Source: Gemmatimonadales bacterium (GTDB lineage: Bacteria > Gemmatimonadota > Gemmatimonadetes > Gemmatimonadales > GWC2-71-9). From it: 64,000 nt of DNA. Below, piece by piece: positions 1 through 6,855 of this stretch. The notes beneath the pieces were generated by a model, which ran no database searches, was not told the origin of the DNA, and saw nothing but the letters and a program-made list of their open reading frames with translations. The stretch is from positions 13,881 to 77,880 of the forward strand of contig JBFXBG010000002.1 of NCBI GenBank assembly GCA_050183505.1, given 5' to 3'. Every line of letters begins with the position of its first letter. Within the stretch, counting starts at the first letter, position 1. Both the position numbers and the translations under genes were made by a program.

Positions 1-838
1 CCGTGCGGAACAGCTTGAACAGATTGCCGTGCAGGTGGAATGAATTGAGCAGGTCGAATTCGGTGATGTTCACCAGATAGATCCGGGTCAGTTCATGCTG
101 CTGCAGGACGATCGGATGCTTCTGGTAGTGGAAGGCCACGGTGTTGACGGCGTAGACCTCGTTCTCGGCGTCGAAATTGGTGTCGAAGCCGTTCATCACC
201 ATCACCAGCTCCCGGGCCGGCGCCCGCCCGCCGGGAGGGTCGACGATGAATGTCCCGTAGAGCCCCTTGTGGATATGGCGCTTGATCGGGACCGTATGGC
301 AGTGGTACAAGTGCAGGCCGAAGGGCTCGGCATCGAATTCGTAGGTATAGCTCTGCCCCGGCTGCACCGGTTCGAACGCGCCGTCCATCGGCGCGGGATG
401 CGTCCCGTGAAAGTGGATCGTGTGCGCGTGGGAGCCCCGGTTGGTGAAACGGATCCGTACCCGGTCTCCCTCGGTGCAGCGGATCGTGGGTCCCGGGACC
501 CGGCCGTTGTAGGTCCACGCCGGATAGAACAACCCCGGCGCCACTTCGATCTCCCGGTCCTCCGAGACCAGGTCATACTCCCGGAGCGCCCGGCCCGACG
601 GCAACCGGGACACCCGGCCGGTATCGAACTCGGTGAGGAAGGCCGTGGGATCGAACGAGCCGGGCTGAAGCTCTCCCATCGTCACCATGTCGTGGTGCGA
701 CGTACCCGGATGGGTGGAATCGGCCTGGGCCTGCGGCTCCCGGCCCAGCGCGAACGCCCGGCCGCCGGCCGCCAGGCCGACGGTCCCCAGGGCGCCGAGC
801 TTGAGCAGGTTCCGCCGCTTGAGATCGGGTCCGGTCAT
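1..838 (-). CDS. multicopper oxidase family protein, Tat-exported; 3' end runs off the window (absent from ORF track because no stop is in the window)
   Basis: Hand translation of the minus frame from ATG at 838. Twin-Arg signal MTGPDLKRRNLLKLGALG. Cu-ligand motifs HAHTIHFHG, LYHCHTVPIKRHIHKGLYG and SFHLHG. Start overlaps the stop of the upstream regulator (ATGA). Confidence 0.75.
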   Translation of the reverse strand, partial: MTGPDLKRRNLLKLGALGTVGLAAGGRAFALGREPQAQADSTHPGTSHHDMVTMGELQPGSFDPTAFLTEFDTGRVSRLPSGRALREYDLVSEDREIEVAPGLFYPAWTYNGRVPGPTIRCTEGDRVRIRFTNRGSHAHTIHFHGTHPAPMDGAFEPVQPGQSYTYEFDAEPFGLHLYHCHTVPIKRHIHKGLYGTFIVDPPGGRAPARELVMVMNGFDTNFDAENEVYAVNTVAFHYQKHPIVLQQHELTRIYLVNITEFDLLNSFHLHGNLFKLFRT

Positions 839-1521
839 GACCGCTCTCCCCGGGAGCAGAGCAGCGACAGGCCAAGCTCGTATCCCACCACGTGGTCCTC
901 GGTTCCGGTCCGCACCGTGGTGGGGCCGTTGAACGGCTGCCGGCCCACTACCGTGAAAGCGGTGCCCGGCACGAGGCCGATCGACGCCAGGTAGCGCAGC
1001 CGCTCCGGCTCGCTGGTGCCGACCCGCCGGAGCTCGACCAGCTCCCCCACCGGTATTTCGGTGAGTGGCGTGTAGATCAGTTCATCCACATTGCCGTCGG
1101 CCGTCGGGATCGGCTCGCCGTGCGGATCCACCCGCGGGTTGCCCAGGGCGGCGGCCATCCGTTCGATGAGATCGTCCGACACGGCATGTTCCAGCCGCTC
1201 GGCCTCCTGGTGCACCCCGTCCCAGGTGAATCCCAGCTCCCGGACCAGATACGCCTCGATGATCCGGTGCCGCCGGACCATGCGCAGGGCCGCCCGCCGG
1301 CCGGTCGGGCTCAGGACCACACCGCGGTAGGGGTGATGTTCCACCAGCCCCTGCTCGGCCAGGCGCTTGATCATCCCGCTTACCGAGGGGGCCGAGAGTT
1401 CCAGCAGGTTGGCGATATCGGTGGTCGAGGCCGGGCCACCCCCGGAGGAGAGGTGGTAGATCGCCTTGAGATAATCCTCTCCCGAACGGGAGAGCGGCTC
1501 GTGGGAGAGCGCAGCCGGCAT
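835..1521 (-). CDS. DtxR/MntR/IdeR-family metal-dependent transcriptional regulator with C-terminal FeoA/SH3-like domain
   Basis: ORF track 228 aa. N-terminal wHTH (EDYLKAIYHL...TTDIANLLELSAPSVSGMIKRL), dimerisation/metal-site region (RRHRIIEAYL...EAERLEH) and C-terminal FeoA-like segment. Confidence 0.85.
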   Translation of the reverse strand: MPAALSHEPLSRSGEDYLKAIYHLSSGGGPASTTDIANLLELSAPSVSGMIKRLAEQGLVEHHPYRGVVLSPTGRRAALRMVRRHRIIEAYLVRELGFTWDGVHQEAERLEHAVSDDLIERMAAALGNPRVDPHGEPIPTADGNVDELIYTPLTEIPVGELVELRRVGTSEPERLRYLASIGLVPGTAFTVVGRQPFNGPTTVRTGTEDHVVGYELGLSLLCSRGERS

Positions 1522-1536
1522 TGCGAGGCCCCATGG

Positions 1537-1560
1537 GTAATTTAGTAAAGCCTAAATTAC
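1537..1560. promoter_or_regulatory. candidate DtxR-family operator (inverted repeat GTAATTTAG-N6-CTAAATTAC) just upstream of the regulator start
   Basis: Perfect 9-bp inverted repeat, AT-rich in a GC-rich background, 16 nt upstream of the ATG at 1521. TTAG...CTAA arms resemble DtxR/MntR boxes. Confidence 0.45.
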
Positions 1561-1582
1561 AAATGGGGCGAGGCTAATGTCA

Positions 1583-1720
1583 AGAGTCGAGAAGTCGAGG
1601 AGTCGAGAAGTCGAGAAGTCGAGAAGTCGAGGGTCGGGGGTCGAGGGTCGAGGGGTCGAGGGGGGCCTGGACCTCGATCCATCTCGACTCCTCGACCTCT
1701 CGACCTCTCGACTTCTTCAC
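1583..1720. repeat. inverted tandem-repeat element, 8-nt unit AGTCGAGR (about 10 copies) facing about 5 reverse-complement units (CTCGAC)
   Basis: Read directly: agtcgaga agtcgagg agtcgaga x3 ... ggcctggac ... ctcgactcctcgacctctcgacctctcgac. Lies between the NUDIX stop and the regulator promoter. Confidence 0.85.
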
Positions 1721-2316
1721 TAAACCAGCGCCCCCAGAAACCCGGTGATGATCCGCTCGGTCATGCCCCAGACGACGTTTTCGCCCACGTGATAGGCCGG
1801 GAAGGTGCGGTCTTCGCCCTGAATGCGGAGCGTGACCCCGCGGTAGATGGCAGGATCTTCCAGGTGGTCCATGGCGGCCCAGACGAGTTCGGCTACTTCG
1901 TCGCCGGCCGTCAGGTCGGGGCGGCCGGGCAGGGCGAACACGAAGGGGCGGACGAAGATGGGAGGCAGGACCCGGGTGCGGGGGGCGATGTCGTCCAGCG
2001 CGCCGAGGCACATGTCCCGGGAGAGGTGAAGCCCGACTTCCTCGAAGGTCTCCCGGATGGCCGTGGCCAGGAGGTCCGGGTCGGCGTCGTCGCGGTGGCC
2101 TCCGGGCAGGCCCATCTGCCCCGACCAGGGGTCGCCCGCGCGGGTTGCGCGGCGGATGAGCAGGACGGCGTCCGGATCGGAGCCCACCACCAGCGATACC
2201 GCCGCCGCCCGGAGGGCCGCGTCGTCGACTTCGACCGGAGATCGGATGGAAAGGGCCCGCTGAACGCGTTGCTGCAGCGAGCTCAGTGGCACCCGCACGA
2301 CCCGCCGCCGCAGCAC
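1720..2316 (-). CDS. NUDIX hydrolase (CoA pyrophosphatase-like)
   Basis: Nudix box GLPGGHRDDADPDLLATAIRETFEEVGL in the 198-aa ORF. Confidence 0.85.
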   Translation of the reverse strand: MLRRRVVRVPLSSLQQRVQRALSIRSPVEVDDAALRAAAVSLVVGSDPDAVLLIRRATRAGDPWSGQMGLPGGHRDDADPDLLATAIRETFEEVGLHLSRDMCLGALDDIAPRTRVLPPIFVRPFVFALPGRPDLTAGDEVAELVWAAMDHLEDPAIYRGVTLRIQGEDRTFPAYHVGENVVWGMTERIITGFLGALV

Positions 2317-2513
2317 CCGCCACCGTCTCCGCCGGAGGGCCCCGGGCCGGAGAAGTCGGGGGCGCCGGATCCGCCGGCCGGGCGGGCGACGACCGACAGC
2401 AGGCGCTTCACCGAGCGGGCACCGCAGGCGGGGCAGGCAGGTTTGCTGTCACCCCGGACCAGCATTTCGAAGCGCCGGTTGCAGGCGGGACAGGAGTATT
2501 CGTAGATCGGCAT
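2283..2513 (-). CDS. FmdB-family zinc-ribbon regulatory protein
   Basis: MPIYEYSCPACNRRFE...KPACPACG (two CxxC pairs) with a Gly/Cys-rich tail. Start moved to the internal ATG (residue 30 of ORF 2283..2600). Confidence 0.8.
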   Translation of the reverse strand: MPIYEYSCPACNRRFEMLVRGDSKPACPACGARSVKRLLSVVARPAGGSGAPDFSGPGPSGGDGGGCCGGGSCGCH

Positions 2514-2529
2514 GGACGGAATAGTAAGC

Positions 2530-2620
2530 AGTGAACGGTGATCGGTGAACGGGGCCGGGTTCCCGACCGGGCAGTTCGTCATGTCCGGTTCACTGTTCAC
2601 CGCTCACCGCTCACCGTCCA
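2530..2620. repeat. inverted tandem-repeat element, 7-nt unit GTGAACG (x3) facing GTTCACY/GCTCACC (x4) around a GC-rich core
   Basis: Read directly. The right arm overlaps the last codons (VSGER*) of the hydrolase gene. Confidence 0.75.
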
Positions 2621-3430
2621 TTTCACCGTCGCGTCGAACACCTGCTCCAGTTCCGGCGTCATCCCCTTGAACGGATGCACCGCTCCGAAGGTGTGGCCCG
2701 CTTCCGGGATCAGTTTCAGCGTTGCGGCCGGGTTGGCGGCGGCGAGGGCGCGGGCATCCGCGACATCGACCGACTCGTCCGCCTCGCCGTGGAGAATGAG
2801 CCAGGGGGCTTTTACGCCGGCGGCCGCACGGCGGATGTTCAGGCCGTTCCCCGCGCCCTGGGCGATATCGTCCAGTATGCCGGTGCCGAGCGGCATGACC
2901 TGACCGGTGCGGGCATTCTGAATGTTTACGTACCCGCGTCGGCGCCACGCCTCCTTGGCGGGATCGGACCAGCGGTCCACCGAGCCGATCGCGGCCCAGG
3001 TCACCAGTGTGGCGATGCCGGGATCCCGCGCCGCATGGAGGACCGCGATCCCGCCGCCCCGGGAATGTCCCACCAGGCTCACCGCGGAAGGGGCGGAGGC
3101 GCCCAGATTGCCTGATCGGAGCGCCTCCAGCACCCGGCCGAGGTCCTCCAGCTCGGCGGAATAGGTGTTCCGGCCGAAGCGTTCGGGAAACGAGAACTCG
3201 CCGGCATCGTCCACACCGCTGCCGCTGGCGTTGTAGCTCACGACCGCGAACCCGGCCCGTGCCAGCCGTTCCGCCAGCGGCGGGAACATCCCCCAGTCCT
3301 TGAACCCCTTGAACCCGTGCAGCACCACGACCGCCGGGCGGGGCCGGCCCGGCTCACCCGTCCGCAGGTCGATCAGGATCGGCCCGAGGGCGCCGGGAAG
3401 CGAACACTTCTGGAGAGTCGGAGTGGCCAT
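2597..3430 (-). CDS. alpha/beta-fold hydrolase
   Basis: Nucleophile elbow VGHSRGG, N-terminal HG oxyanion segment VVVLHGFKGF and C-terminal GHTF. Confidence 0.8.
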   Translation of the reverse strand: MATPTLQKCSLPGALGPILIDLRTGEPGRPRPAVVVLHGFKGFKDWGMFPPLAERLARAGFAVVSYNASGSGVDDAGEFSFPERFGRNTYSAELEDLGRVLEALRSGNLGASAPSAVSLVGHSRGGGIAVLHAARDPGIATLVTWAAIGSVDRWSDPAKEAWRRRGYVNIQNARTGQVMPLGTGILDDIAQGAGNGLNIRRAAAGVKAPWLILHGEADESVDVADARALAAANPAATLKLIPEAGHTFGAVHPFKGMTPELEQVFDATVKWTVSGER

Positions 3431-3433
3431 GGG

Positions 3434-3592
3434 ATGAAGGACTGAGGACTGAGGACTGAGAACTGAGGACTGAGGACTGAGGACTGACGACTGACGACTG
3501 GAGATGAGGACTGAGGACCGGGTACGTCTCGAGGGCCGAGCGTCGGGTGCTGGGAGGTCGGGCCTCAGTCCTCAGTCCTCAACCCTCAGTAC
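3434..3592. repeat. inverted tandem-repeat element, 7-nt unit ACTGAGG (about 11 copies with variants) facing CCTCAGT (about 4 copies) around a roughly 45-nt GC-rich core
   Basis: Read directly: ggactgaggactgaggactgagaactgagg ... gcctcagtcctcagtcctcaaccctcagt. Confidence 0.85.
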
Positions 3593-4554
3593 TATCTCAC
3601 CGCTCCCTCGATGATTTCCAGTTCACCGGCGGTGGCATCGAGCCGGGCCTTGACCCCGATCGGGAGGGTCCACTGGTCGTCGATGTGGCCGATGGGAAAC
3701 CCGTAGGCTACGGGAACGTTGAGCGGCAGCAGGTAGGTGGCCAGGACCTCATCGAAACCGAGGGCGCCCTCGCCGGTGCCGCGCTTCAGCTCGGTAAACC
3801 GTCCCACCGCCACGCCCGCCAGGTTCCGCAGCGCGCCGGTCATGCGAAGGTGGGCCAGCATCCGGTCCACCGAATACAGATCCTCCCCCACGTCCTCGAT
3901 GAAGAGAATGGCGCTGTCGAGGTCGGGGAAATAGCGGGTTCCGATGAGGCACTGGAGCAGGCTCAGGTTCCCGCCTTTCAGGGGTCCTTCCGCCGTGCCG
4001 GCGCGCAGGGTCACGATGCGGTCGTCCCCCGGAACCAGCACGTCGGCCGGCGGCGCGATCCGGCCCAGCTGTCCGGCCGGGTTGATCGCGGCAAGGATGC
4101 GGTCGAGGTGCCACCGGCTGAACGGGCTCAGGCTCGAGCGGCTCATGGGCCCGTGGAAGGTGACCACGCCGGTCCGTTGGTGCGCCGCGTTGAGCAGGGC
4201 GGTGATGTCGCTGAACCCGATGACGGCCCGGGGCCTGCGCTCCAGCGCCTCGAAGTCCACCCGGTCGAGAATCCGGGTGATGCCGTAGCCGCCCCGCAGG
4301 CACCAGACGGCGTCGATCCGCGGATCCCGCAGCGCCGCGTTGAGGTCGGCCACCCGCTCATCGTCGGTCCCGGCGAGATAGCCGTAGTGCCGTCCCGCGT
4401 TGGGCCCCAGCACCGGCTCGTAGCCCAGTGCGCGGCAGAGCTCTTCCCCGCGGGTCAGGTCATCCCGCTCCAGCAGCGGGCCCGCGGGTGCAACCAGCGC
4501 AACCCGGCTCCCCGGCGCCAGCCGGGGCGGACGAACGACCGTTTTTGACCCCAT
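3592..4554 (-). CDS. ldcA: LD-carboxypeptidase (peptidase S66, muramoyltetrapeptide carboxypeptidase)
   Basis: RVALVAPAGP..., nucleophile motif IGFSDITALL and the C-terminal G-HxxD region typical of S66. Confidence 0.85.
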   Translation of the reverse strand: MGSKTVVRPPRLAPGSRVALVAPAGPLLERDDLTRGEELCRALGYEPVLGPNAGRHYGYLAGTDDERVADLNAALRDPRIDAVWCLRGGYGITRILDRVDFEALERRPRAVIGFSDITALLNAAHQRTGVVTFHGPMSRSSLSPFSRWHLDRILAAINPAGQLGRIAPPADVLVPGDDRIVTLRAGTAEGPLKGGNLSLLQCLIGTRYFPDLDSAILFIEDVGEDLYSVDRMLAHLRMTGALRNLAGVAVGRFTELKRGTGEGALGFDEVLATYLLPLNVPVAYGFPIGHIDDQWTLPIGVKARLDATAGELEIIEGAVR

Positions 4555-4756
4555 CCCGCCTCCCTAGTAGTTTCCCGGCTCTGCCACAATCAGGAGTTTC
4601 ACCCTGCGCGCCTCGCATCCCGCACTTCTGGCCACGAGCCGTGCCCTGGGGGAGAGCCGTGAGGCTCTGATCACGCAATGGGCGGCCTGGCTCAACGGCC
4701 GTTCCCACGGTGTCGGCCCCGTCCCCCGGGCGACGGTCGAACGCGGCCTCCGGATC

Positions 4757-5167
4757 ATGGTCGGTGCTCTCACCGAGATGGTGGGACCCATGCGCCGCGA
4801 GGTCAAGGAAATCTGGTACAAGACCTGTGAGCACTACGGCCGCGTCAGCGCGGCACGCGGACTCGCCGCCGGGGAGGTCGTGGAGGAAATGCAGTACCTC
4901 CGCGAACTGCTCATCCGCAATCTGGCCCCGGTCTTTGCGGCCATGCGCGCGCGCCAGGGCATGGCCACCATCCTGCGCCTCAACCGCGTGCTGGATAAAG
5001 GTATCGCATCCGCGGTTGTGGGGTATACCGATGCACTGGTCGCGACCCTGTTCGCCCAGAACGGAGTCCCCAACGGGGACTCCGAAGGCGACACCGCCGA
5101 GCTCGAGAAGCAGCTGGGTGGGTTCGAGGACGAACTGGCCACGGTTACCCGGCCCAAGCCTGATTGA
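4757..5167 (+). CDS. hypothetical protein, RsbRD-N-terminal-domain-like; the true start may lie upstream
   Basis: 136-aa ORF. The same frame is open and protein-like back to 4571 (see findings). Confidence 0.55.
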   Translation: MVGALTEMVGPMRREVKEIWYKTCEHYGRVSAARGLAAGEVVEEMQYLRELLIRNLAPVFAAMRARQGMATILRLNRVLDKGIASAVVGYTDALVATLFAQNGVPNGDSEGDTAELEKQLGGFEDELATVTRPKPD

Positions 5168-5229
5168 GAGATGAGGCGTGAGGGCCGGGGCCCGTCCCCG
5201 GCACCGCCTCCGTCCTCAGTCCTCGCCAC
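5166..5229. repeat. small inverted heptamer element (NNTGAGG x2 / CCTCNNN x3) around hairpin GCCGGGG-cccgt-CCCCGGC; probable terminator
   Basis: Read directly after the stop at 5167. Confidence 0.5.
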
Positions 5230-5236
5230 TCTATTC

Positions 5237-6376
5237 ATGTCCCCATATCTCCTCGCCCTGCCCTGGTTCGCTCCCTTCCTGGCCCTGCTGCGTCTGGGCC
5301 GGCGGGAGCCCGATCTGGCACGGGAGCCGGGGGCCCGGGGGCATATGGTAAGCGTCATCATCCCCGCCCGGAACGAGTCCCGCACCATCGCGACGGTCAT
5401 CGAGTCCGTTCTGGCCACCACGTACGAGCCGTACGAGATCCTGGTCGTCGACGATCGCTCCACCGACGACACGGCGGAGATCGTGGAGCGGTTTGCCCGG
5501 AAGGACTCCCGGGTGCGGCTGATACGCGGCGGGGAGCTTCCGGCCGGCTGGTTCGGCAAGCCCTGGGCGTGCTTTCAGGGCTACCTGGAAGCGCGGGGCG
5601 AAATTCTCCTGTTCACCGACGCGGATACCCGGCACGCGCCGGAGCTGCTGGCCCGGGCGGTGGGTGGCCTGGAACGGGAGCGGGCCGGCCTGCTGACCGT
5701 CGCGCCCCGCCAGCGGTGCGACTCGTTCTGGGAACGGGTCATCATGCCGCATGTCTGGCTGCTGCTGGCCGTCCGGTACCATCCCGCACGGGTCAACCGC
5801 GCCACCCGCCCGCGGGACATCATCGCCAACGGCCAGTTCATCCTGGTCCGGCGATCCGCCTACGAACGGGTCGGCACGCACGCGGCCGTCAAGGATGAGA
5901 TCGCCGAGGATCTGGCCCTGGCCCAGCGGTTCCTGGGCGACGGCCTCAAGGTGTATTTCGCGTTCGCCGAAACGCTCATGGAAACCCGGATGTACCGCGA
6001 CCTGGGTCACATCGTTGAAGGATGGTCCAAGAACATCTTCCTCGGCGGGCGGGCATCCTTCCCCGATGAACCCGGACTCCGGATGCTGGTGCCGTTCATG
6101 CTGGGAACGGTGGGTCTGTTCTGGCTGGCCCCACCGGTCCTGCTGGCACTGGCGCTGGCGGGTTTTCACCCGGAACTCCTCCGGCCGGCTCTTGCAGCCA
6201 CCGGGCTCAGCCTCTTCTTCTGGATGTCCTTCAGCCTCGGCATGCGGATTCCTGCCCAGTATTCCCTGGCCTACCCCCTCGGCTCGGTGCTCATGATGTA
6301 TATCGTGGGCCGGTCGACCTGGCGGGGGGCCCGGAAAATCGAGTGGAAGGGGCGGGTATACGCCTATGGACGCTGA
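5237..6376 (+). CDS. family-2 glycosyltransferase with C-terminal membrane domain
   Basis: VSVIIPARNE...YEILVVDDRSTDDT...LLFTDADT (GT-A DxD) followed by several hydrophobic helices. Start placed at the second ATG, downstream of the hairpin (ORF track starts at 5171). Confidence 0.8.
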   Translation: MSPYLLALPWFAPFLALLRLGRREPDLAREPGARGHMVSVIIPARNESRTIATVIESVLATTYEPYEILVVDDRSTDDTAEIVERFARKDSRVRLIRGGELPAGWFGKPWACFQGYLEARGEILLFTDADTRHAPELLARAVGGLERERAGLLTVAPRQRCDSFWERVIMPHVWLLLAVRYHPARVNRATRPRDIIANGQFILVRRSAYERVGTHAAVKDEIAEDLALAQRFLGDGLKVYFAFAETLMETRMYRDLGHIVEGWSKNIFLGGRASFPDEPGLRMLVPFMLGTVGLFWLAPPVLLALALAGFHPELLRPALAATGLSLFFWMSFSLGMRIPAQYSLAYPLGSVLMMYIVGRSTWRGARKIEWKGRVYAYGR

Positions 6377-6490
6377 GAATACGACGATCGGGAAACCGGG
6401 TTAGATTGCAGGCAATCGCGGCAGCGCCGGATTCCGGCCGGCGCGGCAGCGGCACGCGGCGGCTTGCCATGCAATGAAGGAGCGCGGATC

Positions 6491-6742
6491 ATGAGACTCA
6501 ACCTCACCAGAGACATCCTCGAGGCCCTCGATCGGGCGGCGGACAAGCCCGACTGGCTGACCGAACGCCTGGCCCAGCTGAAGACCGGATCGGAGCCCTA
6601 CCTGCTCCAGCTCAAGGCCGAAGAAGCCACGGCCCTGGAGGAGCTCTGTGCCATGAACATCCGATTCGACGAATCGGGGAACGTCCTCCCGCAGCACAAA
6701 CCGCTGGACGAGCTGTCGCTGCAGATCATGCAGCACTATTAG
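6491..6742 (+). CDS. small hypothetical protein (83 aa)
   Basis: Balanced composition. AAGGAG lies 9 nt upstream of the ATG at 6491. No recognisable family. Confidence 0.5.
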   Translation: MRLNLTRDILEALDRAADKPDWLTERLAQLKTGSEPYLLQLKAEEATALEELCAMNIRFDESGNVLPQHKPLDELSLQIMQHY

Positions 6743-6745
6743 AAC

Positions 6746-6855
6746 GTGAGAAGTGAGAAGTGAGAAGTGAAAGGGGCGGGCTTCGGCATCGGGATGCCGA
6801 CCCGTCCTTCTTGCTTCTTCCTTCTCACTTCTCACTTCTCACCTCTCACCTCACT
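6746..6855. repeat. inverted tandem-repeat element, 7-nt unit GTGAGAA (x4) facing TTCTCAC/TTCTTSC (x7) around hairpin CGGCATC-ggg-GATGCCG; lies between convergent genes
   Basis: Read directly. The right arm overlaps the stop of the kinase gene. Confidence 0.85.

Noticed and set aside
1580-2323. 247-aa ORF reading through the AGTCGAGR array (peptide ...STLDPRPSTSRLLDFSTPRLLDS). Similar ORFs run through other arrays, for example 62847..63218.
   Set aside because: The repetitive peptide is simply the translation of a non-triplet DNA repeat. These ORFs overlap better-supported genes on the same or the opposite strand.
2283-2330. Gly/Cys-rich tail (GGDGGGCCGGGSCGCH) of the FmdB-like protein, considered as a possible metal-binding novelty
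   Set aside because: As far as I recall, similar Gly/Cys-rich C-terminal tails are common in FmdB-family zinc-ribbon proteins. It is not distinctive enough to report as a finding.
1583-6855. Tandem-repeat loci considered as CRISPR arrays
   Set aside because: The repeat period is 7-10 nt with no spacers. The arrays are 60-160 nt long and often inverted, and no cas genes are present.
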